Below are positions 39,373-53,137 of a DNA stretch of 64,000 nt, piece after piece. Below the pieces are notes generated by a model that saw only the letters and a program-made list of their open reading frames with translations, made no database searches and was not told the DNA's origin. A program made the position numbers and the translations under genes. Positions within the stretch are counted from its first letter, which is position 1, and each line of letters starts with the position of its first letter. The stretch is taken from positions 744,001 to 808,000 of the forward strand of contig OZ287086.1 in assembly GCA_965645245.1 (NCBI GenBank), in the 5' to 3' direction. This stretch comes from Massalongia carnosa. Lineage: Eukaryota.

Positions 39373-42300
39373 GGTTTTGAGGAGTGCTCAGGGGTGTTCC
39401 CGGGGAGGCTCTCGATATAATTCGTCGAGTCCTAGAGAGTACCGGATTGAACATGATTTAATAAATAAATCGATATGCCTTTTCAATATCCCTTTTATCA
39501 CCACCAAATAATTTATTCTGATGTTCCCCGGACGTACTAATCAGAATAGAAATTTACACCAATTTACAGGTCTAACGACTCTTGCTTTCCTATCCCTATT
39601 TATATGACAATAACTCGTCAAATAAATCCTAATCGGGTTAAAATAGACCGTTCCTCGCTTAGGCAGTAAATCTTATTTAACCCTTTACCAGACACTACAA
39701 TAGTTGAAAATAATGAAAGGTTTTTTTTTGCTTTTTTGCGATAAAAATAGATCTAACGCAAGGTAAGATAATAAGAGACTTCCTATTCTGATTAATCTGA
39801 AATAGGATCTTTGGTATAATCCTATTCCAGACGTTTTTCCCCTTCTTTTCAGTGATCTGTTGACCGGCCGTTCAATGGAGATCGATAAAGCCTAAAATGG
39901 TATATGCAGAAATTATACGTGAAATATACTGTGAATATTTGAGCTTGCGGAAGTTGCCGTAACCTTAAATGAGAAATGAACTTCAAAAAAGTTGGTCGTC
40001 GCGACAGTTGTTGTACAGTACCGCGACAGTAGATATTTTTTGTAGATAATTCTTGTAGTAATAATTGAGGGTAATGCGACAACAGAACAGAAGAAAGTGA
40101 GAAAAAAGAGCGATTTTTGGTGATATTGTTGGTATTTGTTGTTTTTTATAACTTCTTGAGCGCGCTTTATCACGTCTGTCGCGTGCGACCAGCAGAAAAT
40201 CTCTGCTGGAGCTTTGCTAGAGCTCTCCTACACTCAATCTAAGTCCGTTTTTGCTCTGGAGGAGCTCAAATGACTGAGAAAGAGATGTTCAATTGAATGT
40301 GAAAGTTTTAGAGTATCAAAAGTTGCGGTACTTGTGTTTCGCTAGGTGGTCTTTGGTGTGAGCGTCTGAAATGTTTATTCCGAAAACAAAAATATGTGCA
40401 AAATCGAAAAATTGGTGGTCGCAAGATTTAACCGAACTTCGAAAAATCATGTGCAGGCATCGTCGAAAATGGAAGAATTATCCGTCCGATTTTAGTCATC
40501 GGACGTTTAAACATAGTCGAATCAAGTATTTTCATGCAATTCGAAAAGAAAAACAACAAACCTGGTTGACTTTTCTAGAAAATGCAGCGAATAAATACGT
40601 GTTTACCGCGTATAAATATACTAAACCGCGCATATTCGAAAAAATACCGCCGATTCTGCATTAAAATAAACTTAATTTTCAGTTTGATGACAAATGCGAT
40701 GCGTTTGTGTCAGCAATGTACAATAAAAACCCATTCATAGACGATAATGTCGAAGATTTACCAAAAAAGACAGCGAAAATGATGATAATTGGCCAGATTT
40801 GACCCAAAACGAGCTGCAAAATGCGATTAATTAATTTAATCCGAAGAAAGCATGTGGACTTGATGCAATCAATTTTACTATTGTTCAAAAATTGTTTCAA
40901 TCGTTGAAAAACGTGTTTTTCATGATTTATTCGAAATTCATTCGAATTGGTTATCAACCGTTATGCTGGCGGACAGGACTCGGTGCAGTTCTGAAAAAAC
41001 CTAATAAATCAGACTATTCGTTTCCAAAATCATATCGAATTATCACATTACTAAATTGTCTTGGTAAAATTGCTGAGAAAATCGTTGCAAATAGACTAGC
41101 CTACTTCGGCGAAAATTCGAATTTACTAGATATCGAACAGATTGGCGGACGCAAAAATCATTCTGCAATTGACGCAGTAATGAACCTCGTTCATGATATA
41201 GAAATTGCGAATAGAAATAAAAACGTTTTATCCTGTTTATTACTCGATGTCAAATGCGCATTTGACTTTGTCTCGATTGATCAACTGCAAAATGTCATGA
41301 AAAAGCTGAAATTATCTCGCATAATAATTCAATGGGTTAAGCATTTCATGACAAAACGATCTATCAATTTGATATTCAATGAAAAAAAAGCAAAACATAT
41401 TTTGTCGAATCAGGAATTCCACAAGGTTCACCAATCTCGCCTATTCTATTTCTGATTTACATTCGTCACTTGTTTCCGAAAATACGAATGAACTTTAATG
41501 CACATTCTCCCAGTTTTATTGACGATGTTGCAATATATGTCGAAAATAAAACTGCAAAACAAAATTGCAAATAAATTGAAATCATAGTCAAAACAGGTTT
41601 TGATTTGGCAGCATCGAATAATGTCAAATTTGATGACGATAAATCCGAGCTGATTCACTTCGAAAAGACAAGAAATGTATCGAAAGACACATTGGAATTT
41701 CCAAACGGGACAATACTAGAACCGAAAAATGTAGTCAAATTGTTGGGCGTCTGGCTAGACCGAAAACTAAATTTCAAAAAACACGTCGAAACGCGAATCT
41801 CTTCTGCGAATCGATCATTTTTTGCAATTCAGAATTTGATGAAATCCGAATGGGGTCTGAATCCTACCGCATGCAGACAGCTCTATTTGTCATGCATTGT
41901 TCCTATTTCGGACTACAGCTCAGAAATTTGGTATAAGGGTCAAAAGAAATATGAAATACTATTTCAGATTTTGCAAAATCGAATGATTCGGAAAATTTTA
42001 GGAACTTTCAAAACCACACCTGTTCAGTCGATGGAAATTGAATCACATGTTTTACCAGTCAAACTTCGATTATTAATGAAAAATAAAAAATATGCAATTC
42101 GATTATTGAAGATTGCCGAAAATAATCCCATTTGTCAAAGAATTCCAAACACATATTCGATAAAATATGAAAACATCGGTTTTGACACTAGCTTATAGAA
42201 TAACAAGTATGCCGAATGGAAAGAAGATGAAAAACAGACAAATAAACGACACCCTAGTCAGCTTATTCGCGGTCTTCATACCGTTTCTGACAAAGTTCAC

Positions 42301-43694
42301 AAAACTGATGAATTTGAACAATTAAATCATTTCATTAAACATTGGAAATCGTCATGCAAAATCGAATTTCAAATCGAAAATACAAAAGAATCTACAAAAT
42401 CAAGTTATTATTCGACCTTATCAAAAATTCAATCAATGAACTTCGATAAATCCCGAGTTTTACTTTATACGGATGGATCAAAAATAGAATTTGCAACGTC
42501 TGCAGTCACATTTGCACCAATTTTGCGGAATTGGAATAATATTATTGATAATTTTGATCGATTTATCGAAAAAGATTGTCTGATCAAGTATCATACGATT
42601 TCGAAAAGCTGTAAATTAAGCAAAAAGTCAAGCATTAAAAATGTTGAACTGCATGCGATTTTACAAGCAATGAAATGGGTCTTAAATTATCGAATACTAA
42701 TATTTTATCAAACTTAGAAAAAACGATTTGGATTTTTTCTGATAGCATAAAGGCGATAAACGAAATTCAGAACTTGACAAATCATATTTTCGCAAGACAA
42801 TTTCGAAAGCTCGCAAAACGCTTATTTGAAAGCAATTATCAGGTGATTTTGCAATGGATTCCGAGTCATTCGAAAATTACCGAAAACGAAATTGCAGACA
42901 AAACAGCAAAGACGGGACATAATTGAATCCTAGTCGAGTCCTCGGCGATAATATTTGACTATGTAAAAGATCAAATAAATCAAAATATGCCCAATACATA
43001 GACGAATCAATGGCAACAATGCAACTCGAAAGGCAAATACTATGAGAAATTCGAAATGTAACCTGGCATATCGAGTTTTTATTATTTATCAAACAACTGC
43101 TCCAAATTGATATTTGCGACTATTATGCAATTAAAATTCGGACACGGTTATTTTCGATCATATTTACATCCATCGAAAGATTATAATTCGTAAAAATGCA
43201 CAAATAGATGCAATCAACGACAAACGCCAGAACACTTGTTATTGAATTGCATTCACTATTTCGATGAAATTCAAAACATGAAACACAATGTCAATACTAC
43301 TATCAACTTGAATATGTTGTTTAATACAAAAATTGGAAATGACATTTTGATTAAATTCATTGTCAATAACAAAATCGCGACTAGAAAATAGATACTAGGT
43401 CAGCTTGATGACGAAATTGTTGAAACGGGAGGCTGGGGAGACATCGAACAGTAAAATCGGAAATGATTTATGTTGAAACATTTACGAACTTACTGAGACA
43501 AATTGTAAAATCGATAATTTCTCGATTACTATAGGTTGTTACTAACACGGAGTAAAAACGGGGGAAAATTGTCGATACATAGATGGGTTATAAAGGGTTG
43601 ATTTATTTGTATTATAGAAACATATCCTAAAATGTTTTAGTGTTATAACCTTAGGATGAATACACTTAATGAATAAATAAAATAAAATAAAAAT

Positions 43695-43768
43695 CCGATG
43701 GTGTAGAAGGAGTAGGACCGATGGTGTAGAAGGAGGAGGAACGATAGTGTAGAAAGAGGGGGACCGAT
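43695..43768 (-). repeat. 23-bp minisatellite, reverse complement of the 4952-5037 repeat
   Basis: CCGATGGTGTAGAAGGAG(T/G)AGGA units, about 3 copies. Confidence 0.88.
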
Positions 43769-43769
43769 A

Positions 43770-44409
43770 CAATAGATTTAATGCAATATAAGATAATACG
43801 AGACTTCCTATTCTGATTAATCTGAAACAGGACCTTTGGTATAATCCTATTCCTGTTTTTCCCCTTCTTTTCAGTGATCTGTTGAACGGCTGTTCAACGA
43901 AGATCGATAAAGCCAAAAATGGAATATAAAAAAATTATACGCGAAATATACTGTCAAAATATGTGCTAGCGGAAGTTCCAGTAACCTTAAATGAGGAATG
44001 AACTTTAGAAAACTTTGACATCGCGACAGTTGTTGAATAATACATCGAGATTAGATATTTTTTGTAGATAATTCTTATAGTAGTAATTGAAGGTCTTGCG
44101 ACAACAGAACAGAAGAAAACAAGAAAAAAGAGCGATCATTGGTGATGTTATTGGTATTTGTTGTTTCTTCCAACTTCTAGAGCGCGCTTTATCGCGTCGG
44201 TCGCGTGCGACCAGCTGAAAAGCTCTACTGGAGTTTTGCTAGAGCTCTCCTGCACTCAATCTGGGAACGTTTTTGCTCTGAAGGAGCTCAAATGACTGTG
44301 AAATAGAGGCTCAATTGACTATTAAAGTTATAGAGTATCAAAAGTTGCGGTATTTGTATTTCGATAGGTGTTCTCTTGGCGGGGAAAACATGTAATTCCT
44401 CCGTTGATT
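43770..44409 (-). mobile_element. LINE family B 5'UTR fragment
   Basis: Homologous to 39765-40355 and 53430-54059. Begins with the same AATCAACG as B7. Confidence 0.85.
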
Positions 44410-45696
44410 TAACTATTTGTTATAAGATAGCTGAAATCGCGACTCCGGACGCGCCCGTCTTTAATTTTATTTTCCGCTTAAGGTCTTTTTATTATTTTAT
44501 TTATTCATTAAGTGTATTCAACCTAAGGTTATGACATTAAACTATTTTAGGAGATTTTTATATAATACAAATAAATAAACCCTTTATAACCTATCTAAGT
44601 ATCGTCAATTTTACTCCGTGTTAGTAACAACCTATAGTAATCGAAAAATTAACGATTCTACAATTTTCTTTGTAAGTTCGAAGTGTTTTAGCATGAATCA
44701 TTTCTGATTTTACTGTTCGATCTCTCCCTAACCTCCAGTTTCAACAGTTTCGTCATCAAGCTGACCAAGTATCCATTTTCTAGTCGCGATTTTATTATTG
44801 ACAATGAATTAAATCAAAATATTATTTCCGATTTTTGTATTAAAAAAAATATTCAAGTTGATCGTAGTATCGAAATTTTATTTAATGTGTTGAATTTCAT
44901 CGAAATAGTGAATGCAATTCAACAACAAGTATTCTGGCGTTTGACGTTAATTGCCTCGGATTTGAGCATTTTGACAAATTATAATCTTTCAATCGATGTA
45001 AATATTATCGAAAATATCAGTGTCCGAAATTTAATTGCATAATAGTAGCGAATATCAATTTGGAACAGTTGTTTGATAAATAATAAAAACTCGATATGCC
45101 AGGTTTCAATTCGAATTTCTCGTAGTATTTGTCTTTTGATTTGCATTGTTGCCATTGATTCGTCAATGTTGTTAGCATATTTCGATTTATTTGATCTTTT
45201 ACATAGTTAAATGTTATCGCCTAGGACTCGTCTAAGATTCGATTGTGGCCCGTCTTTGCTGTTTTATCTGCAATTTCGTTTTCGGTAATTTTTGAATAAC
45301 TCGGAACCCGTTGCAAAATTACCTGAAAATTACTCTCAAATAAGCCGTTTGCGAGCTTTCGAATTTGTCTTGCGAAAATATGATTTGTCAAGTACGCCCA
45401 TAGATAGCTGTACTTGAAGCAGAGACATTTATAGCCTCAATTGACATACATTTAGATCAACTTTTTTTATTTTATTTATTCATTAAGTGTATTCAACCTA
45501 AGGTTATGACACTAAACTATTTTAGGATATGTTTCTATATTACAAATAAATCAACCCTTTATAACCCATCTATGTATCGTCAATTTTTCCCCATTTTTAC
45601 TCCGTGTTAGTAACAACCTATAGTAATCGAAAAATATCGATTTTACAATTTATCTTTGTAAGTTCGTAACTGTTTCAGCATAAATCGTTTCTGATT

Positions 45697-48600
45697 TTAC
45701 TGTTCGATCTCTCCCCAACCTCCAGTTTCGAAAATCTCGTCATCAAGCTGACCTAGTATCCATTTTCTAGTCGCGATTTTGTTATTGACAATGAATTTAA
45801 TCAAAATGTCATTTCCGATTTTTGTATTAAACAACATATTCAAGTTGATCGTAGTATCGATGGTTTGTTTCATGTTTTGAATTTCATCGAAATAGTGAAT
45901 GCAATTCAATAACAAGTGTTCTGGCGTTTGTCGTTGATTGCATCGATTTGAGCATTTTGACGAATTATAATCTTTCAATCGATGTAAATATGATCGAAAA
46001 TAGCCGTGTCCGAATTTTAATTGCATAATAGTAGCAAATATCAATTTGGAACAGTTGTTTGATAAATAATAAAATCTCGATATGGCAGGTTTCATTTCGA
46101 ATTTCTCGTAGTATTTGCCTTTTGATTTGCATTGTTGCCATTGATTCGTCCATGTGGTTAGCATATTTTGATTTATTTGATCTTTTACATAATCAAATGT
46201 TATAGCCGAGGACTCGACTAGGATTTGATTATGGCCCGTCTTTGCTATTTTGTCTGCAATTTCGTTTTCGGTAATATTCGAATGACTCGGAACCCATTGC
46301 AAAATCACCTGATAATTGCTTTCAAATAAGCGTTTTGCGAGCTTTCGAATTTGTCTTGCGAAAATATGATTTGTCGAGTTATGAATTTCGTTTATCGCGT
46401 TTATACTATCAGAAAAAATCCAAATCGTTTTTTCCAAGTTCGATAAAATATTAGTATTAGACAATTTATAGACCCATTTCATTGCTTGTAAAATTGCATG
46501 CAGTTCAGCATTTTTAATGCTTGATTGTTTGCTTAATTTCCAGCTTTTCGAAATCGTATGATACTTGATCAGACAATCTTTTTCGATAAATCGATCAAAA
46601 TTATTGATAATACTACTCCAATTCCTCATAATTGGCGCAAATGTGACTGCAGACGTTGCAAATTCGATTTTTGATCCATCCGTATAAAGTAAAACTCGGG
46701 ATTTATCGGAGTTCATTGATTGAATTTTAGATAAGGTCGAATAATAACTTGATTTAGCAGATTCCTTTGTATTTTCGATTTGGAATTCGATTTTTCACGG
46801 CGATTTCCAAGGTTTAATAAAATGATTTGATTGTTCAAACTCATCAGTTTTGTGAACTATGTCGGAAACGGAATGAAGAACGCGAATGAGCTGACTAGGA
46901 TGTCGTTTATTTGTTTGTTTTTCGTCTTCGTTCCATTCGGCATATTTGTTGTTCCATAAACTAGTGTTAAAACTGATGTTTTCGAATTTTATCGAATATG
47001 TATTTGGAATTCTTTGACAAATAGGGTTATTTTCGGCAATCTTCAATAATCGAATTGCGTATTTTTGATTTTTCATTAATAATCGAAGTTTAACTGGTAA
47101 AACATGTGATTCAATTTCCATCTCCTGAATAGGTGTGGTTTTGAAAGTTCCTAAAATCTTTCGAATCATTCGATTTTGTAGGTTCTGAAATAGTTTTTCA
47201 TATTTCTTTTGACCATTATACAAAATTTCTGAGCCATAGTCCGAAATAGGAATAATGCATGACAAATAGAGCTGTCTGCATGCGGTCGGTTTCAGACCCC
47301 ATTCGGATTTCATCAAATTCTGAATTGCAAAAAACGATCGATTCGCAGAAGAGATTCGCGTTTCGACGTGTTTTTTGAAATTCAGTTTCCGGTCTAACCA
47401 GACGCCCAACCATTTGACTACATTTTTCGGTTCTAGTACTGTCCCGTTTGGTAATTCCAATGTGTCTTTCGATACATTTCTTGTCTTTTCGAAGTGAATC
47501 AGCTCGGATTTATCGTCATCAAATTTGACATTATTCGATGCGGCCCAATCAAAAGCTGTTTTGACTATGATTTCGATTTCTTTGCAATTTTGTTTTGCAG
47601 TTTTATTTTCGACATATATTGCAACATCGTCAATAAAACTGGGAGAATGTGCATTAAATTTCATTCGTATTTTCGGAAACAAGTGACGAATGTAAATCAG
47701 AAATAGAATAGGCGAGATTGGTGAACCTTGTGGAATTCCTGATTCGACATAATATGTTTTGCTTTTGTTTTCATCGAATATCAAATTGATCGATCGTTTT
47801 GTCATGAAATGCTTGACCCATTGAATTATTATGCGAGATAATTTCAGCTTTTTCATGACATTTAGCAGTTGATTAATCGAGACAAAGTCAAATGCGCCTT
47901 TGAAATCGAGTAATAAACAGGATAAAACGCTTTTATTTCGATTCGCAATTTCGATATCATGAACGACGTTCATTACTGCGTCAATTGCAGAATGATTTTT
48001 GCGTCCGCCCATCTGTTCGATATCTAGTAAATTCGAATTTTCGCCGAAGTAGGCTAGTCGATTTGCAACGATTTTCTCAGCAATTTTACCAAGACAATTT
48101 AGTAATGTGATAATTCGATATGATTTTGGTAGCGAATAGTCTGATTTATTAGGTTTTCTCAGAACTGCACCGAGTCCTGTCCGCCAGCATAACGGGTGAT
48201 AACCGATTCGAATGAATTTCGAATAAATCATGAAAAACACGTTTTTCAACGATTGAAACGATTTTTGAACAATTGTAAAATTGATTGCATCAGGTCCACA
48301 TGCTTTCTTCGGATTAAATAAATTAATCGCATTTTGCAGCTCGTTTTCGGTCAAATCTGGCCAATTATCATCATTTTCGCTGTCTTGATTTGGTAAATCT
48401 TCGACATTATCGTCTATAAATGGGTTTTTTGTGTACATTGCTGACACAAACGCATCGCATTTGTCATCAAACTGAACATTAAGCTTATTTTCATGTAGAA
48501 TCGGCGGTATTTTTTCGAATATGCGCGGTTTAGTATATTTATACGCGGTAAACACGTCTTTATTCGCTGCATTTTCTAGAAAAGTCAACCAGGTTTGTTG

Positions 48601-49710
48601 TTTTGCTATTCGAATTGCATGAAAATACTCAATTCGACTATGTTTAAACGTCCGATGACTAAAATCGGACGGATAATTCTTCCATTCTCGACGATGCCTG
48701 CACATGATTTTTCGAAGTTCGGTTAAATCTTGCGACCACCAATTTTTCGATTTTGCACATATTTTTGTTTTCGGAATAAACATTTCAGCCGCGTTTTTGA
48801 TAATTTTTTGCAAATGTATCGCTGATTCGTCGAATTGATGATTATTCAATAAACTTTGAACTTTTGATTCGTAGTTGATTGAATTTTCGTCTAGAAACTT
48901 CGCGAATTTATTCCAATCGGCTTTATTACAATTGTATTTATTCGATAATGCGGTTGCATGTGACGTCAAATTCTTGAAAGATGCGATTAGTTCAAATCGG
49001 ATGACTTCATGATCTGAACCTGTGACTGCGTTTTCATCGATTGCCCAGTTTGTAATTGCATTTTCGATTTTGGAATTTGCAAATGTTAAATCAATAACAG
49101 ATGATGAACTTCCAGAATGGGCGTAGAATGTGCATAAATCAGGTGTGTTTATCAAACTACATTTGTTTATTTTCAACCATTTGACTAAATTTTCTGATCG
49201 AATTGCATGTTGAATTTTCGAATTCCACCAGTTATGATGTGCATTGAAATCTCCACATATGATGAATTGATTAGTTGATGTAGGTTGATATTTGATTAAA
49301 AGTCGATCGATCGTGTATGTTTCTCGATCATTTTGACTTTTTTCGTTATAAATATTGAAAATCTGCACTTTTCGAACTTCAGAAATTGTAATTTCAATAA
49401 TTTGCATATCGGAATCGTCAATAAGATCCGTTCTAGGCGTGCATTGCAGTTTGGGATTGCATTTTGTGACAAATATAGCTACTCTCGAGCGATAAGTTGC
49501 TATTTTCGGCATAATGCATGTAAATGACGGATGTGATATTGTTTTTTGATCTCGTGTCCATGGTTCCTGAAACAAAACAATATCAATTTGATTTGATAAA
49601 GCATATTCCAAACACGAAATCATTGCATTCGTTGACCTTCCACAGTTGTGTTGAATAAATTTGACATTGTGAGTATTTTCTATATTTGCCAACGAATGCT
49701 GTCCTGCCAT
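45697..49710 (-). pseudogene. B7 ORF2 (APE endonuclease, RT, RNase H, C-terminal Cys/His), 1337 aa with a single nonsense codon
   Basis: IQHNC, FQEPW, GDFNAHH, GSDH; GIPQGSPIS, FIDD; YTDGS, AEL, FSDS, WVPSH. TGC>TGA at 46795-46797, with the frame otherwise continuous. Confidence 0.95.
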
Positions 49711-52700
49711 TATAAGGAGGATAATTCGTCAGCCGATTTTCGTGGATTTAATGCAGTAAACATTTCACAATGTTCATTATTTGATTGATGATTTTTATTG
49801 CAGTTTGCACATTTCACAACAACGTGTGCACACGCAGTTTTCGATTTGCATGTTATGCATTCATGATTACGTGTTTCATGATTTTGTGCACAAATATTGC
49901 ATTTTGATTTGTTTCGACACTGATAATGCTTGTGTCCGAATTTTTGACAATTAATACATTGTGTATTCGGACGAACGGAAGTAAATATTTCCGTGTCACA
50001 GTGTTTTCCCGCGATATTTACGCCTTTTAACGCGTTTAAGGCCTGATTTCGATCGTTAAAAGTCAAAACGAGCGAAGAATTGACTTTGTTTTCGCGATCT
50101 CGCGCTAGCCATCTGGGTAAATCGCACAATTCCATGTTAAGGTTGAATTTCTGGATTTCATTTTGCAAAAATTGCATATTTTGATCAAACGTTGCAATAT
50201 TTACTCCATGAGCGATCACTTTAAACCAGGATTCGTCTTTTCGAATTCTTTGTGCATCGAACATATGTTCCCATATAGATTTGTTTTCCAACAATTCTGC
50301 AGTAGTGTTTTTTGAACTAGTAGTGAGAACGATATTCTGACCGGTTTTCGATTTTTCGACCGTGTTGATTACGATATCTAACTTCGCGTTGCTGAATTGC
50401 GCGTTGATTTGATCTCGAAGTTTCAATGAGTCGATATCGCCGATTTGAATTTTTGGTGTAATTATCAGTCGTCTGAGTTTTATTGCATTTAATTCGTCGG
50501 TTTTGTCGAGTTTCTTCGAGGTTTGACTCGAATTTTTCGATCTGGAAACAGTGGTCCAATTTTCGGAATTCGCAGTTGCTTTTCCAAGCATTTGACTCCA
50601 GGATGGAGGCGTGTTATTGACCTTTGTACTCGTAACCCCGGCGGTTTTCCTTTCGTGCGTTCGTGTTGACGACTTTATTTGGATTTTCAGTCATATTGAC
50701 TTGTTGAACCCGAGTCGATTTTCGCGTTGTTTCTGAGGTTCGATTACTAGTCTGATCAGGGGTCTGAAACCGACCGCATGCAGACAGCTCTATATGTCAT
50801 GCATTATTCCTATTTCGGACTACGGCTCAGAAATTTGGTATAATGGTCAAAAGAAATATGAAAAACTATTTCAGAACCTACAAAATCAAATGATTCGAAA
50901 GATTTTAGGAACTTTCAAAACCACACCTATTCAGGCGATGGAAATTGAATCACATGTTTTACCAGTTAAACTTCGATTATTAATGAAAAATCAAAAATAC
51001 GCAATTCGATTATTGAAGATTGCCGAAAATAACCCTATTTGTCAAAGAATTCCAAACACATATTCGATAAAATTCGAAAATATCGGTTTTGACACAAGTT
51101 TATGGAACAACAAATATGCCGAATGGAACGAAGACGAAAAACAAACAAATAAACGACATCCTAGTCAGCTTATTCGCGTTCTTCATTCCGTTTCCGATAT
51201 AGTTCACAAAACTGATGAATTTGAACAATCAAATCATTTTATTAAACCTTGGAAATCGCCTTGCAAAATCAAATTTCAAATCGAAAATACAAAGGAATCT
51301 GCTAAATCAAGTTATTATTCGACCTTATCCAAAATTAAATCAATGAACTCCGATAAATCCCGAGTTTTACTTTATACAGATGGATCGAAAATCGAATTTG
51401 CAACGTCTGCAGTCACATTTGCGCCAGTTATAAGGAACTGGAGTAATATTATCAATAATTTTAATCGATTTATCGAAAAAGATTGTCTGATCAATAATCA
51501 TACGATTTCGAAAAGCTGGAAATTAAGCAAAAAGTCAAGCATTAAAAATGCTGAACTGCATGCGATTTTACAAGCAATGAAATGGGTCTATAAATTGTCG
51601 AATACTAATATTTTATCGAACTTAGAAAAAACGATTTGGATTTTTTCTGATAGTATAAACGCGATAAACGAAATTCAGAACTTGACAAATCATATTTTCG
51701 CCAGACAAATTCGAAAGCTCGCAAAAATCTTATTTGAAAGCAATTTTCAGGTGATTTTGCAATGGGTTCCGAGTCATTCAAATATTACCGAAAACGAAAT
51801 TGCAGACAAAATAGCAAAGACGGGCCATAATCAAATCCTAGTCGAGTCCTCGGCGATAACATTTGATTATGTAAAAGATCAAATAAATCAAAATATGCTA
51901 ACCACATGGACGAATCAATGGCAACAATGCAAATCAAAAGGCAAATACTACGAGAAATTCGAAATGAAACCTGGCATATCGAGATTTTATTATTTATCAA
52001 ACAACTGTTCCAAATTGATATTTGCTACTATTATGCAATTAAAATTCGGACACGGCTATTTTCGATCTTATTTACATTGATTGAAAGATTATAATTCGTC
52101 AAAATGCTCAAATCGATGCAATCAACGACAAACGCCAGAACACTTGTTATTGAATTGCATTCACTATTTCGATGAAATTCAAAACATGAAACAAAATATC
52201 GATACTACCATCAACTTGAATATGTTGTTTAATACAAAAATCGGAAATGACATTTTGATTAAATTCATTGTCAATAACAAAATCGCGACAAGAAAATGGA
52301 TACTAGGTCAGCTTGATGACGAGATTTTCGAAACTGGAGGTTGGGGAGAGATCGAACAGTAAAATCAGAATCGATTTATGCTGAAACATTCACGAACTTA
52401 CAAAGACAAATTTTAAAATCGATATTCTTCGATTATTATAGGTTGTTACTAACACGGAGTAAAAATGGGGAAAAATTGACAATACATAGATGGGTTATAA
52501 AGGGTTGATTTGTTTGTAATATAGAAACATATCCTAAAATAGTTTAGTGTCATAACCTTAGGTTGAATACACTTAATGAATAAATAAAAATAAAAAAACT
52601 AGTCTGATCAATTACCTTGTCCAATTTCCAATTCATCATGTCTAGTGTTGTTTTGATATTAATTTATTTTTTTGTCAATAAGGAATTGACATTATCAATG

Positions 52701-53137
52701 ACTATTGCTGTTTCTGGATTTTGATCTAAGACAAATGACTTCAATAACGCGGTTTTAGCCGTTTTGAGTAATCCAATCGATTGTGCTCGATTGATTGCTT
52801 CTTGGCTTTCCTCTACTCGTTCGTCGAATGTTTTTCGTTTGTTACGTTTGATGGGCGGGCTTAATTCTATATTAGAATTTAACGATGGCATGGGTAGATT
52901 GGTAGTAAATTGTCCAGATGGGAATTTGGTTGCTTTTGGGGTCGGCGTAGTCGGGGCGGACGAATATTCATGTGATTGATCCATAGGCTCGTCAAGTACA
53001 GGCGATTTTTCTATAAGTCCTACTGACGAGAGCCCCGGAGATTCCATTTGGGGAGGGTTTTGAGGAGTGCTCAAGGGTGTTCCCGGGGAGGCTCTCGATA
53101 TAATTCGTCGAGTCCTAGGGAGTACCGGATTGAACAT
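49710..53137 (-). pseudogene. B7 ORF1 (gag-like, three Cys/His knuckles), interrupted by B8
   Basis: CINCQKFGHKHYQC, CNICAQNHETRNHEC and CANCNKNHQSNNEHC. N-terminal part at 52611-53137. Confidence 0.9.
50759..52597 (+). mobile_element. LINE family B copy B8, 5'-truncated
   Basis: 13-bp TSD ACTAGTCTGATCA (50746-50758, 52598-52610). RNase H region, 3'UTR and tail. Confidence 0.95.

Larger units (their letters stand above)
27251..40361 (-). mobile_element. LINE family B copy B5, near full length, interrupted by Gypsy
   Basis: TSD GCGTCTGAAATGTTTATT (27233-27250, 40362-40379; the last bases are ambiguous with the tail). 5'UTR, ORF1 from 39454, ORF2 31490-27481. Confidence 0.93.
25495..43693 (+). 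mobile_element. LINE family B copy B4 (from mid-ORF1 to tail), interrupted by B5
   Basis: ORF1/ORF2 25641-27250 resumes at 40380 (FIPKTKICAK). Tail at ~43671-43693. Confidence 0.88.

Noticed and set aside
39849..40173. Short ORFs in the family-B 5'UTR repeated at 53531-53855
   Set aside because: Non-ATG starts. Recurrence is explained by near-identity of B5 and B7.
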